Virus record (IMG/VR): IMGVR_UViG_3300012983_000038 | Coordinates: 33,240-97,239 of that record | Reading direction: 5' to 3' (one strand) | Source: a virus | Taxonomy: Duplodnaviria > Caudoviricetes | Length of the DNA stretch: 64,000 nucleotides | Shown here: positions 1 through 10,800 of the stretch, in pieces | How the letters are laid out: each line of letters starts with the position of its first letter | How positions within the stretch are numbered: the stretch's first letter is position 1 | Translations under genes and position numbers: made by a program | The notes under the pieces: model-generated | What the model was told of the DNA's origin: nothing | The model's database searches: none | What the model saw: the letters and a program-made list of their open reading frames with translations, nothing else

Positions 1-309
1 GCTGCAGGAGGCGCTCTAATTGGTGCAGGAATTGGTGCAGGAGGATATGCACTTACTAAAGGTATCACTGGAGGTTTTGGCAATCTAGCGAAAAATGTAT
101 CTGCAGGAGGATTTAAAACTATTGGAGGTATTGGAGCAGGAGTAGGTGCACTTGCAGCAGGAATTAGTGCATTAAGGAGAAGAAGCAAGAAGAATGAAGA
201 TGTAGAGTTCTATAATGATAGATTGCAATATGCACAGAGACAAGCAAGGCGTAGAGAGCATCACGACTGGAAATCTAACATGACTCAAAGAGAAGGATAC
301 TCTTTTTAA
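1..309 (+). CDS. Partial (5'-truncated) glycine-zipper hydrophobic protein, putative virion/internal protein
   Basis: Frame 1 is open from position 1 to TAA at 307-309: AAGGALIGAGIGAGGYALTK...IGGIGAGVGALAAGISALRRRSKK; two GxxxG-rich helices. Confidence 0.75.
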   Translation, partial: AAGGALIGAGIGAGGYALTKGITGGFGNLAKNVSAGGFKTIGGIGAGVGALAAGISALRRRSKKNEDVEFYNDRLQYAQRQARRREHHDWKSNMTQREGYSF

Positions 310-321
310 TTCTAAAAAATT

Positions 322-1056
322 ATGATTAAATTTTTCGAAAACAGATTTTCTATAGAAGACGGAGGATATTCAGGTAACAAAAGAAAGGTAAAGTCTGGAG
401 GTTATGGAAAAGCAATGCTCTTAGGTGGTGGCACTGGTGCAGGAATAGGTGCACTTGCTGGATTAGGAACACCAACAACAGGAGTTTCAGCACTAATAGG
501 AGGAGGTATTGGAGCAGGATTAGGAGCATGGTTTAATTGGCTAGCTAATATAGCAGATAAGTCCGAGTTTAATACCAGTGCAGCACGTTCTTGCAGTTCT
601 TATAAAATTATTCAAGCTATTGAAGATGAGTATTCTAACGATGACCCTGACCTGAGCGAGAATACTGTTACTACTTCGACAGTATCCTCAAAAGGCAATG
701 TTGTAACTTCTTCTAGTAGAGTATTGAATAAGAAGAAAGATAATATCTCTCCTAAAGGCTTACTTTATACTATAGATGAGAATCCTAGAAAGCACTTAAT
801 TAGTATGATGTTGCAAGGTAATGTACTAGTTATTTACTTAAATGAGCTAAATAAAAGGGAGTTATCTATTGTAAATGAAATATTAGATGATTATTGTTTT
901 TCTTATAGGAATGCTGACTATTCTTCACAACAATGCGGAAAAAATAGTTATGTAATTGATCTTAAAATATTAGATAACTTAGAGGCAATAGTACCGCTTA
1001 CATTGATGGAAAGTGGACTTAAAATAAATATATTAACTAGTAGGTCTAGGAAATAA
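322..1056 (+). CDS. Glycine-zipper protein, paralog of the internal domain of 5306..6949; putative virion internal/ejection protein
   Basis: 244 aa; N-term MIKFFENRFSIEDGGY; GGGTGAGIGALAG...IGGGIGAGLGA; C-domain LDDYCFSYRNADYSS..NSYVIDL matches LDNYCKKYQGMKYSS..NSYSVDI in the 5306 ORF. Confidence 0.6.
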   Translation: MIKFFENRFSIEDGGYSGNKRKVKSGGYGKAMLLGGGTGAGIGALAGLGTPTTGVSALIGGGIGAGLGAWFNWLANIADKSEFNTSAARSCSSYKIIQAIEDEYSNDDPDLSENTVTTSTVSSKGNVVTSSSRVLNKKKDNISPKGLLYTIDENPRKHLISMMLQGNVLVIYLNELNKRELSIVNEILDDYCFSYRNADYSSQQCGKNSYVIDLKILDNLEAIVPLTLMESGLKINILTSRSRK

Positions 1057-1129
1057 GCGATGCTTTCTTGTTAATTAGCTCACTGCCTATCTAATTAATA
1101 TATAATTAATAATGTACAATAAATGATTT

Positions 1130-2062
1130 ATGGTATATTTTAGACAAAAAAATTACGGAAGCACTCCCAGCAGTCTATTTGAATTTCTAAAAACTCCATC
1201 AGGGGCAATTTCCGCAACGGCATTAGGCGTCTCAACTGCTAACATGTCTAGTAATATAGTTAGACATAATACTGACAAAAAATATCAAACTAATCAGTTA
1301 AATGCGATAAGAAATTTATCACGATCATTAGATGCCGTTGATACATCTATTAATAGGTATGCTGCAGCTAAAGACATCTTAGAAGGTAGTTATGCTACTA
1401 ATAAAGACTTAGATAAGCTCTTAAAAACTTTATATGATAGTAGAGGAGGTCGTAGAAAAGGAAAGAAAAAGAAGTTATTTAGTAGAAATGACTTTATCGG
1501 AAATGTATTTACAGGAAGTGGACTTGGAGCAAGTATAGGTGCTGCCGTAGGAAAGTTCCTGCCAAATAAAGTTACTACTACATGTGCAATAGGAGTAGGT
1601 ACTTTAGTAGGGGCATCTCTAGGGCTAGTTTATTCTATCATAAAAGATATAAGTAGTAAATTGAATATAGCAAGTACCGTAGATAATAGACTAATGAGGG
1701 GTATTATTGAGCAATTGAAAGGTATTGGACTAGTAGAAGGAAAAGATTTTACTAGAGACCCTAAAAAGGCTACGGAATTAAGAACGAAGGTCAGTATAGT
1801 AGTTAGTAGAGATTCTGGAGATTTGAGTTTAATAATTAATGCAGTCTCTGATGATAGGTTAAAGAAAACTTTAGACAGTATAATTAATTTACTTAAAAAA
1901 TCTAGTGGAGTTTCTATAAAAAATAATGAAAAACTGTCTGATAGATACAATGATATTACAATTACTACTGTAGAGAGCCCGACAAACGCTAAGCTAATTG
2001 CTGAAATAATTAAAGGATTAGTTAAAGAAGGGTACCCAGTTTATATACTAGAAGTAGGTTAA
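1130..2062 (+). CDS. Glycine-zipper protein with RQKxY/KLFS motifs, putative virion protein
   Basis: 310 aa; N-term MVYFRQKNYG, internal KKKLFS followed by GSGLGASIGAAVG..IGVGTLVGASLG. Confidence 0.55.
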   Translation: MVYFRQKNYGSTPSSLFEFLKTPSGAISATALGVSTANMSSNIVRHNTDKKYQTNQLNAIRNLSRSLDAVDTSINRYAAAKDILEGSYATNKDLDKLLKTLYDSRGGRRKGKKKKLFSRNDFIGNVFTGSGLGASIGAAVGKFLPNKVTTTCAIGVGTLVGASLGLVYSIIKDISSKLNIASTVDNRLMRGIIEQLKGIGLVEGKDFTRDPKKATELRTKVSIVVSRDSGDLSLIINAVSDDRLKKTLDSIINLLKKSSGVSIKNNEKLSDRYNDITITTVESPTNAKLIAEIIKGLVKEGYPVYILEVG

Positions 2063-2086
2063 TTTTACTAATTAATAATTTTTGAA

Positions 2087-4477
2087 ATGGCACAATGGAA
2101 AGAAACGCAAGAACCATATATTAAAGTTCAAGAGCGTATTAGAACAGCATCCTTAAATCCTACTGCTGGTGAGGATTTAATTATCGGAGTTACACTTATC
2201 TCTGATGCAGGTCCGTCTACTCCAACTCTAATCACTAGTCAGTCAGAGTTTGTAAAGACGTATTCAGCTAATGGAGAAGTAACTCAAGAATATATAAACT
2301 CTCTTAATAAGTTTTATACAGGAGAGGGTGATTCAAATCTTGCATCTACTATGTGGCAAAATGCATATAGATTAGCAGGATCAAATACCATGTTAGTCAC
2401 TAGAGCACTAAAGTCAGAGGATACTTATTTTGCAAAGCCACTAACATCAAGTAACTCTAATACTTATGTAATGAGGGATGGAGAGTTGCTGAAGAAAATT
2501 GAAAGTGGATTTAAGCTCTCTATAGATGAAAATGGAGATAACGCTGAAAACTCTACTTCAAGTGATGGATGGCTAATTAATGTTAATGGTATTGGTATCT
2601 TTGGAAATAGAACCACTGATGAAGGTCCTCAATATGATTACTACGTAGATAATTTGATCGACTTAGTTAAACAGTTGAATGAGACATCTAAATTCTACTC
2701 ACCGAATTATGTTTTTTATGAAGACTTGGAATTGATTAAAGAGTGGATTGAAGGTGTTAGTGAAAATGGGCCTAAGTCAGTAGTATTCAATGAGGTTTAT
2801 TTAGCTAACAATTTCTTGGATAAAAGTGATGATAGAACTATTAATTCCAAGGGTGAAAATGATGGATACTTATACCTAGTTCCTGCTGAGATTGACAATA
2901 CTACTAAAAATTCAGATCAAAAGGTCATCGATTTAAATAAGGATGCATATAGTGGAGGAAGTGAAGATTACGCTGAATTCTATGCACTTAACATTAATAA
3001 CTCTACTTCTCCTTTAAAAGTTCGTATTCGTCGTTTTAATCACGATGCAGTTACGATCAACAGTAGTGTAGTTAATGTAAAAGAGTTAACTGAGGGAGGA
3101 CTATCACAATATAACGTCATTGAATCTGTACTTAAGACCTATTTAAAAGGCGGAGAGGAAGTGACAAATCCTAATATTCTTGAGAGAGACTTTTTTGAGG
3201 TAGCTATTCAAGACCCTATGATGAGTGAGTATGTATCTTTCTTTACTGTTGGAAATTTACCAGGAAGAGGAGATATTGCGTCAGAGGAGCTTAATGATTT
3301 GTTGACTATGATTCAATTAGAGCTTCCAGAGGATCTTCATGACTTGGGATTGAATTATTATGGCTATGGTGGTGATGATAATAAATTCTATTTATTAGAT
3401 AAAGGTGAAGTAGAGAAAAGTGATGGAAGTATTAATTCCAGTGTAAAAATTGCCGGTACTGCAGCAAATTTAGCATCTATTAAGAAGAATACTGATCTAA
3501 AAACTGGAGATATTTATAAAGTAGGTACAGAAACTTCATATGACTATTATAAATATGGAAGCAATGGTATTACTCAAATATATGCAGATCTTTCAATAGA
3601 TAGTAGCAAGACTTCAATTATTTCTGTAGATGATTCTGATTTAACTAGTGCATTAGATAAGATAGTATTGGATGAGGTTTATATTACAGAAGGACTTAGC
3701 GACTTAGGTAATACGAATCCAGCTTTTCAGAATTATATGGCTACTATTGCAAAGAACGAGAATTATTTCTATCCAGTATCTACAATTAACAGTACTAATT
3801 ACATGGTTATTGGAAATTCAGCAAGTAAGATTTCTATTGATTCTTATAAGCTGTATATGTCTGCACCATGGGATATTGATACTAGCAGTTTTGGATGGAA
3901 GTATTATGCATCTCCTTCAGTACTTTATTGGGAAGCTGTTGCAAGAAATAGGTCAAATAATGAAGAATTTAGATCTGTATTTGGACAAGGAGGAGGAGTA
4001 GTTCAATATCAAAATCCAGTAACAGAGTTTAATAAGAAGACTCGTCAATTGCTGTTAACTAAGAAGGTAAACACTGTAGTATGGAATAATCAGACATCTT
4101 CTTGGAATATGAATGATAACTATACTAAGCAAATTGAGAATACTATTATGAATGATGAAGCTAATTCTCGTTTAATGATTAGGATCTCAAAGGCTATTCC
4201 AGTTATTTTGAAGCAATTTATTGGAAGGAAGATTAGTGATGTATTATGTAACGATGTTCACAATACTATCAACTATTTCTTCAAGACTACGATATTGCCA
4301 ATGATTTATACTGTAGATGATTATAAGATTTTCTGTGAGTATGATGAAGTTTTGGCACGTCAGAATAAGATAAAAGTTAGAGTTGCTGTTAGGTATTCTC
4401 GTTCTTTGAAATACATTGAAGTTATTAATGATGCTTTTGATGTAGGAATGGATATTAGCGGCGAGGAAAATATTTAA
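2087..4477 (+). CDS. Contractile tail sheath protein
   Basis: 796 aa; sheath-type N-term (EPYIKVQER..GPSTPTLITSQSEFVKTY); C-term sheath domain (LLTKKVNTV..NSRLMIRISKAIPVILKQFIG..NKIKVRVAVRYSRSLKYIEV). Confidence 0.85.
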   Translation: MAQWKETQEPYIKVQERIRTASLNPTAGEDLIIGVTLISDAGPSTPTLITSQSEFVKTYSANGEVTQEYINSLNKFYTGEGDSNLASTMWQNAYRLAGSNTMLVTRALKSEDTYFAKPLTSSNSNTYVMRDGELLKKIESGFKLSIDENGDNAENSTSSDGWLINVNGIGIFGNRTTDEGPQYDYYVDNLIDLVKQLNETSKFYSPNYVFYEDLELIKEWIEGVSENGPKSVVFNEVYLANNFLDKSDDRTINSKGENDGYLYLVPAEIDNTTKNSDQKVIDLNKDAYSGGSEDYAEFYALNINNSTSPLKVRIRRFNHDAVTINSSVVNVKELTEGGLSQYNVIESVLKTYLKGGEEVTNPNILERDFFEVAIQDPMMSEYVSFFTVGNLPGRGDIASEELNDLLTMIQLELPEDLHDLGLNYYGYGGDDNKFYLLDKGEVEKSDGSINSSVKIAGTAANLASIKKNTDLKTGDIYKVGTETSYDYYKYGSNGITQIYADLSIDSSKTSIISVDDSDLTSALDKIVLDEVYITEGLSDLGNTNPAFQNYMATIAKNENYFYPVSTINSTNYMVIGNSASKISIDSYKLYMSAPWDIDTSSFGWKYYASPSVLYWEAVARNRSNNEEFRSVFGQGGGVVQYQNPVTEFNKKTRQLLLTKKVNTVVWNNQTSSWNMNDNYTKQIENTIMNDEANSRLMIRISKAIPVILKQFIGRKISDVLCNDVHNTINYFFKTTILPMIYTVDDYKIFCEYDEVLARQNKIKVRVAVRYSRSLKYIEVINDAFDVGMDISGEENI

Positions 4478-4483
4478 AAAAGC

Positions 4484-4544
4484 AGGGTTAGTATAGAGAA
4501 TTAACTTTTGAATATTATGGTTAAAAATCTATACTAACCTTTTT
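4484..4544 (+). terminator. Probable intrinsic terminator after the sheath gene
   Basis: Stem GGTTAGTATAGA / TCTATACTAACC followed by a T-run. Confidence 0.6.
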
Positions 4545-4558
4545 ATTAGTTTTAGTTT

Positions 4559-5290
4559 ATGGAAAAGACATTGTTAGTAGACCTAAAGAAGAAGATGTTT
4601 ATTAGAAGTGCGCTATTAGCATTGGATTCTCTAGATGAACTATTGAATATTAATGATTACTTGTCTCCTGATGAAATTTTATTGGAGATAATAAAAAAGG
4701 CATTACGTGAATATGAAAACACCTTGCCTTTAGTTTTAGATATGAATTTAAACAGGAATCAGATGGAGTCTTGTTCAGGTAAAGCTGGATACGGGGAGTT
4801 CAAATCTAATTTCACATTATATTTAAATTGTGCAATAGATGAGTCACAAATAGTATTAGTACCTAGAAGTTGTCCCTTATGGAGATGTGCAGGTTCTTAT
4901 CCATTAGCGGGATCATTTACTTACTTTAGTGATTATCAAGAGCCGTATGTATTTTTAGGAGATTTACCGACACAGGATCAATTTTCAGTTAGAGCTCTGT
5001 GTGCAAGACCAATTATACCTGATTTCTTACCAGATAAATCATTCAATCCTGTTAGTGAAAAGGCTGCAGTATATTGGATGAACGTTGAAGAAGGAGCCAA
5101 AGGAAGTTATTTTTTAGACTTATGTATGGTTCACTTATTAGATTACTTGAGACAATTGAAATCCTCTATCATGTTACACTCAATGCCAGTAGATGTAATG
5201 TCAAACTTAGATCCAGCATATCAAGAGTTAAGAGCTAGATGTGATCACTTTGCACTTCAATCTGGTTGGGATGGACAATTATTGATTTAA
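4559..5290 (+). CDS. Putative neck / head-tail adaptor protein (T4 gp13-like)
   Basis: 243 aa; helical N-term (DEILLEIIKKALREYE..P), beta-rich middle, helical C-term; located in the structural module. Confidence 0.4.
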   Translation: MEKTLLVDLKKKMFIRSALLALDSLDELLNINDYLSPDEILLEIIKKALREYENTLPLVLDMNLNRNQMESCSGKAGYGEFKSNFTLYLNCAIDESQIVLVPRSCPLWRCAGSYPLAGSFTYFSDYQEPYVFLGDLPTQDQFSVRALCARPIIPDFLPDKSFNPVSEKAAVYWMNVEEGAKGSYFLDLCMVHLLDYLRQLKSSIMLHSMPVDVMSNLDPAYQELRARCDHFALQSGWDGQLLI

Positions 5291-5305
5291 TAAAGAAAGC
5301 AGTAT

Positions 5306-6949
5306 ATGTCACATAGTAGTTACAGTTTTCAAAGAAAGCTATTTAATGAATCTATTATTAGTAAATCATTAAAGTATGCCAGGCACAGAATAAGTAATAA
5401 GAGTAGTAAGAAAAACAATAAAAATAGTATTAATCCAATTGAAGTAATAAGTGATAAAATTGATTATTACATAGATACTCCTACTGATGCAATTTCTGAC
5501 TGGATATTACCTGTAGATGATAATGAGACAGATGGATTGAAAAGTAAACTAAAGAATAGAGTTGATGACTCTTTTAGTGATAAACTAAGAGTATTAGATA
5601 AACTAAAGCAGTTAAAAGATAGTATGATTAAATTTAGACAAAAAGAGTGTTCTATCAAAGATGGGTACTATACAGGTCCGAAGGATTTAGATAAAGTTCC
5701 TGGAGCTTTTGATATAATAGGTAAAGGTGCTATTGGAGGGTCTATAATAGGAGGTATAGTTGGCAAATTAAGCAAAAATGATAGGGACAGTGGATTTGAT
5801 GATGACTATATATCCAAAGGTGCTAAGGTAGGAGGCCTTGCTGGTGTTGCAGGTGGAATTGCGCTCAAACTATTTCTAAATCATCTACACAATCCAATGA
5901 AGGAAGTAGAGTATAAAGAAGTTGACAGGCATCTTAGGAGAGAGTTTGGAATGTATAGAGTAGGGGGAGTTGTTGTAGGAGATAGTATTTCGAACAGGGC
6001 AACATTGAGTGATAAGTTTAGCTTTGATGACAGAAATGTAACTGATTATAAAATCAATATTGCAATAGCTAATAATAAAGTAGTATTGTACACTTTCGGT
6101 GCGAGTGATGAGGATATTAAGAAATTAGACAGCTCATTGGATAATTACTGCAAGAAGTATCAAGGAATGAAGTATTCATCTAAGTTAATAAATCCTAATA
6201 TGAATTCTTATTCTGTTGATATTACATTTACTAATTATCAAGTAATAGCTAATTTTATAATGGAAATATCTAATTCATTGATGACAAAGATCAATCTACT
6301 AAATGACGGAGCTTCTATAGTTCTTAATAGACTTAAAGACTACAGAGAGTGGGTCGACAATGACAGCAATGATGAAGATGTCTTTGAAACACCTCAACAA
6401 TCCAGTAAATTATTTAGTAGTTTCATAGACTCAACAAGATTAAATAAGTCCAGTATAGCTAGCATATTAAGTCAAAGCGGATATGAGTTTCTAAACAAGT
6501 CAATGTTCCAGCAAGGGTCTACTATTAAAGGGTGCGCTTCTGCAGCAATACTAAAGGCAATGGTCGCAGCTGCCAAATCTATTAAGAACAATGAACTAGT
6601 TAGATTAGGAGCTCCTGCTAGTAGATATAAGTTTGGAACATCTTATTTAAAATCAACTTTAGATAAGCTTTATTACACTAAGGGATTGCATTATACTATA
6701 GGAGATAAGAATAGTCCTAATAATTTTAGCATGAGTGAGGGAAGATTTTTCATTACAATTGCCAAAAATAGTAAGGATAGAGAGACAGTAGATAGTAAAT
6801 TCTGGAATGGATTAAAGTCTGTTGTACATAGGAATGATTTAGGAGAGGTTATTTCTTATACATATACAATTAAGTCTAGAGAAGAATTTGAGATGATCTT
6901 GAAGAAATTAATGTCCACTAAAGTAAAATTTAACTTATTTGAGGCATGA
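5306..6949 (+). CDS. Multi-module glycine-zipper protein with three K-x-F/C-S/N motifs; possible polyprotein or internal start at 5624
   Basis: 547 aa; FQRKLFN at N-term, in-frame internal MIKFRQKECSIKDGYY (ATG 5624), SSKLFSS near 6404; GAIGGSIIGGIVG and GAKVGGLAGVAGG helices. Confidence 0.6.
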   Translation: MSHSSYSFQRKLFNESIISKSLKYARHRISNKSSKKNNKNSINPIEVISDKIDYYIDTPTDAISDWILPVDDNETDGLKSKLKNRVDDSFSDKLRVLDKLKQLKDSMIKFRQKECSIKDGYYTGPKDLDKVPGAFDIIGKGAIGGSIIGGIVGKLSKNDRDSGFDDDYISKGAKVGGLAGVAGGIALKLFLNHLHNPMKEVEYKEVDRHLRREFGMYRVGGVVVGDSISNRATLSDKFSFDDRNVTDYKINIAIANNKVVLYTFGASDEDIKKLDSSLDNYCKKYQGMKYSSKLINPNMNSYSVDITFTNYQVIANFIMEISNSLMTKINLLNDGASIVLNRLKDYREWVDNDSNDEDVFETPQQSSKLFSSFIDSTRLNKSSIASILSQSGYEFLNKSMFQQGSTIKGCASAAILKAMVAAAKSIKNNELVRLGAPASRYKFGTSYLKSTLDKLYYTKGLHYTIGDKNSPNNFSMSEGRFFITIAKNSKDRETVDSKFWNGLKSVVHRNDLGEVISYTYTIKSREEFEMILKKLMSTKVKFNLFEA

Positions 6950-7353
6950 TTATATTAAGAAGTAAGTTTTTCTCAAAGTACATCAATATAAATGATATGA
7001 TAAACAAGCTCGATAAGGAGGACTTGATTGATTATGATATTAGTTATAGTATTCCGAGTGATTGTATTTCTATAAGTGCTGATTTGGATAACTTTAGAAT
7101 ATTTATACCGTACGAAGATGAATTTGCGCAGTATGATATAGATGATTTTATTAGGGAGTTTGGAGTTACTTATAGGACAAAAACTGTTAGAGATCGAGAC
7201 TTGTTTATATTGACTGTTATAGGTGGAAGGATAAATGAGAAACAGTTTTATAAGCTATTAAAATTCTTGATAACTGAGTATAAGTATTGCAATATATTAC
7301 TTGACAAGAATGAATATGATAGGCTGATTAATAAAAAGAAAAAACGCAAATAA
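6946..7353 (+). CDS. Hypothetical protein with MIILRSKFFS N-terminal motif
   Basis: 135 aa; ATGA overlap with the upstream gene; shares the N-terminal motif with neighbours. Confidence 0.6.
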   Translation: MIILRSKFFSKYININDMINKLDKEDLIDYDISYSIPSDCISISADLDNFRIFIPYEDEFAQYDIDDFIREFGVTYRTKTVRDRDLFILTVIGGRINEKQFYKLLKFLITEYKYCNILLDKNEYDRLINKKKKRK

Positions 7354-7356
7354 GGT

Positions 7357-7794
7357 ATGAGTGATGAGAATATGACGTCAAAAATCCTAGACAAAGCAAA
7401 TAAAATATATTCGATAGGTATGAAGGCTATCAAGTTACAAATGAAGTTGCTAGGGACAGATTTTGTAGTATTGCGACCTAAGGATAATTCAAAATGGAAG
7501 AATGTATTTGGAGGGTCATATTCCGCCGATAGTACCTTAGAGAATGATTACGAACAATTTACCACACGATTGATTATTAATTTGAATGATATGAGAGATG
7601 TGTGGAATAGGAATCGTGACATGGTACAATCATTTACTCCTGATGGCTCTTTAAAGGTAGGCGACGAGCTTCAATTTACAAGAGACAAGCGGACATATAG
7701 ATTTAAGGTAGTAATGAAGCAGAGTTTTAGTGAATCTGCAGACGTACTATACACATATACATTATCTAGCATTATAGAGACGTTAAATGATTAA
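7357..7794 (+). CDS. Putative head-closure/neck protein (T4 gp14 / stopper-like)
   Basis: 145 aa; MKLLGTDFVVLRP...LKVGDELQF..YRFKVV pattern typical of stopper beta-barrels. Confidence 0.45.
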   Translation: MSDENMTSKILDKANKIYSIGMKAIKLQMKLLGTDFVVLRPKDNSKWKNVFGGSYSADSTLENDYEQFTTRLIINLNDMRDVWNRNRDMVQSFTPDGSLKVGDELQFTRDKRTYRFKVVMKQSFSESADVLYTYTLSSIIETLND

Positions 7795-7802
7795 ATTTAG
7801 AA

Positions 7803-10800
7803 ATGATAAGGAGAAAGATCTTAAGGGAAAATAGAATACCAGGAGCTGAGTCATTAACCAGACCTGAGGAAATATCAGAGATGTCGAAGTATCTAGGTTC
7901 ATTAATAGATAGTAAGCATTCTGATCTTGAGTTAGACAATAGGTTAATAAAAGTTCCTGGCAAGTCTACTGGAAAGATACCTGAAATTTCTGAGTTAGGA
8001 AGTCCAGTAGAGAAGATGTTAGAGAGTTTTACTAATTCTGACATAAAGGAGCTGGATACTAAGATAAGAGTAGGTTTAGACATTGAGGATTCTACATTTG
8101 ATTTAGAGAGGGAGAGTTTCAGAAATAGTAGTGCAGTTAAATTAGATATAGCTGATGATCGTGAAATAAAGCTCTCTAGACATAAGGAAGAGGTAGATAT
8201 AAAAGATATTAATAGGTCTAAACATTACGAGGAGTATATAAATAGTAGAAGGAAGGAATTATTATCTGACAAGTCTAATAATGGTGAGCCTAAGTTAGTA
8301 GATAGCAGTAGAAAGTTATTAAGTAATCAAGGGGCAGAAGTTAAGAAGTTAGATAATAAAATAGAGTCACTTAATGTAGATCGAGTTGAAAGTTTAGGTA
8401 GTAGAAAGTTAGAGGAAATATTATCTGATCAAAGTAGGGATAGTGAAATAAAACTGGAGGATGAAGTAAAGCGATTGAAGGTAGGAGAAAGAATATCTAA
8501 ATTGCCTAATAAATCTTCCAAGTTAAATATAGGAAATGATCGAGTTAATTTAAGTGATTTTAAGGATATAGTACCAGGTGAAATAAGTCGAGTATCAAAG
8601 TTAGAAGATTATAGAGACGACATTGATTACAGCAGGGATATTTCACTAGAGGACTATATTGAGGGATTAGGAGGAGAGTTAGAGGATGATAAATTAAGTT
8701 ACTATATAGATCAATTAAAATTAAATACGTCTAATAGTGGATTTGATGGTAAAACTCTTCCTGATTCGATGTTGACTGTACCTAGTGGAGAATTTAAGGA
8801 AGTAGCTGGAAATATTAACAGTTACAAAGATGAATTAGACACTGGGGATAGAGAGGTAGAATTAGGCACATATATTTCGAGTCTAGATGTCAACAGTGGA
8901 TTTAGTGGAGAAGAGTTACCTGATTATTCTTTAACTATTCCTAATAACATTGATGGACCTGTTGAATTAGTTGACTCGGCTTTATTAGTGCCTGGAGATA
9001 TAGAAGAAGTTGGGTTAGAAGATAAGATAGTTAATAGGCCTGATGATAAATTTTCTACATATTTAAAAGATAGGTTAAAAGATTGTCTAAATGATTTGAA
9101 TAGTGATGATGAGATATTTAAGTTTTTGATGGATCTTATAGCTGAAGGAAGAAATGGTGGAAGAAATAGTAGTTGGGAAGAGAAATTAGGGTCATTAGCA
9201 TCTTCTTACTTAAATACTTCTAAGATATCGCCAGCCAGAGTAGAAGAATATTTAAAAGAGTTAGACAAAGTATTAAATGTTGATGTAATTGGAGGAAGAT
9301 CGGGAGACATTCTTTTTGACAATCGGAAGGGAGGCAATCACTTTGAGGAGAACTACAATTTACCTAACAATTCAAATAAGGGGTATATAAACGTAGAAGA
9401 TGCATTTAATAAAAAAGTTCTTGTATTACTAGAGGAGGAGAAGAAAAAAGAAGAAAAGAAGAAAGAAGATGGTCCCTGGTCATTACGAAAAGCTGCAACT
9501 GAGTTAACATTAGAAATACTAGTAGAAAAAAAGTTAATAGAGAGAAATAAGGTTACGGGTGATATAACGTTGCCTGGAAATAATAAATATCTAAACTCCC
9601 TTGCAAATACTATAGTTGGTATTGCGAGTGGAGAGAAAGAAGCTGGCAAGACACTTAATGAGTTTGCTGTAAACACAATAAAAGATGCAAAAGAGGATGT
9701 AAAGAAGCATATAAAGGAAAGTGTTCTATCAGGAGTATCAAAATATACTGGACTAGCTACAAAGAAGATGATGCCTTTGAATAAGCCCCTGAGAGATAGT
9801 GTAAATAAGGGGATAATGAAAGGTGCCAATGAACTAGTAAAAAAGGGTGAAGAGGAGTTTGATAAGTTCTTTAATACTTCAGAGTTAGAGGTTTTAGTAG
9901 GTAAGTCAGATTATGAAGAAGTAGTTATTTCTCCTAAGCCGTCCAATAGTAGTAATAAATCTGGAAGTAGGGCAAAGATAGATAAGCTAGATAAAGAGGT
10001 TGACGAGGAGAATAAATTAAAAGCTACTTATACTACTAGGAATTTCTTTGAGGATTTTTGGAGTTGCCCAGCTGTTCAGACTACATTACAGGATTTATGT
10101 ATTAAAAGTGACAGTTTGAATAGGGGATCTTCAATAAATGACTTGAAAGAACTATTAAAAAATTCTCCATATATTACAACACCTAGTAAATTTGGTACTA
10201 CTGGAATTGCTAATAGAGGAGTTCAATCATTAGACGTTACTAGTTATTGGGAAGTGATATTAACTCCTTATGTTTCTACTGATGAGGTTGTAGGTAATGG
10301 AGGGTATTCATTTCTTCCTTGTATAAATGAGATAAATTTACACAATCTAAAACATCATGGAGTAGCGACTAATTACAGCAGTTGGATTCCGTTTACATCT
10401 TTTAATTTACAAAAAGCTAGATTATCTTCTAAGCAAATACAATTATATTCAGGAGAGGTGAATTTTCCTATAAGTATGGAGAATATGAACGAGTTATTCC
10501 TTACTATTGCGGATGATTCATATAAGTCTTGGAAGTTGTATTTTGAAAAGTGTGCTGAAGTTTCTATATATAACTCAGTTCCACATACTGCAGAATATTA
10601 TGAAAGTAAGAATATGCCAATGTATCCTACTGCAGTTGATAAATCTAGTGTTTGTGTTTCTTATTATAAAAATATAGCATTTAATGTTAAGATATATGTA
10701 ATGACTCCGCAATATGGTACTATAAGAAAGTTTAATTTCTTGACAGTATTGAAGGAATTTGGGGAGGAATATACTGGAGATATTGATGGATCTGCGCCTG

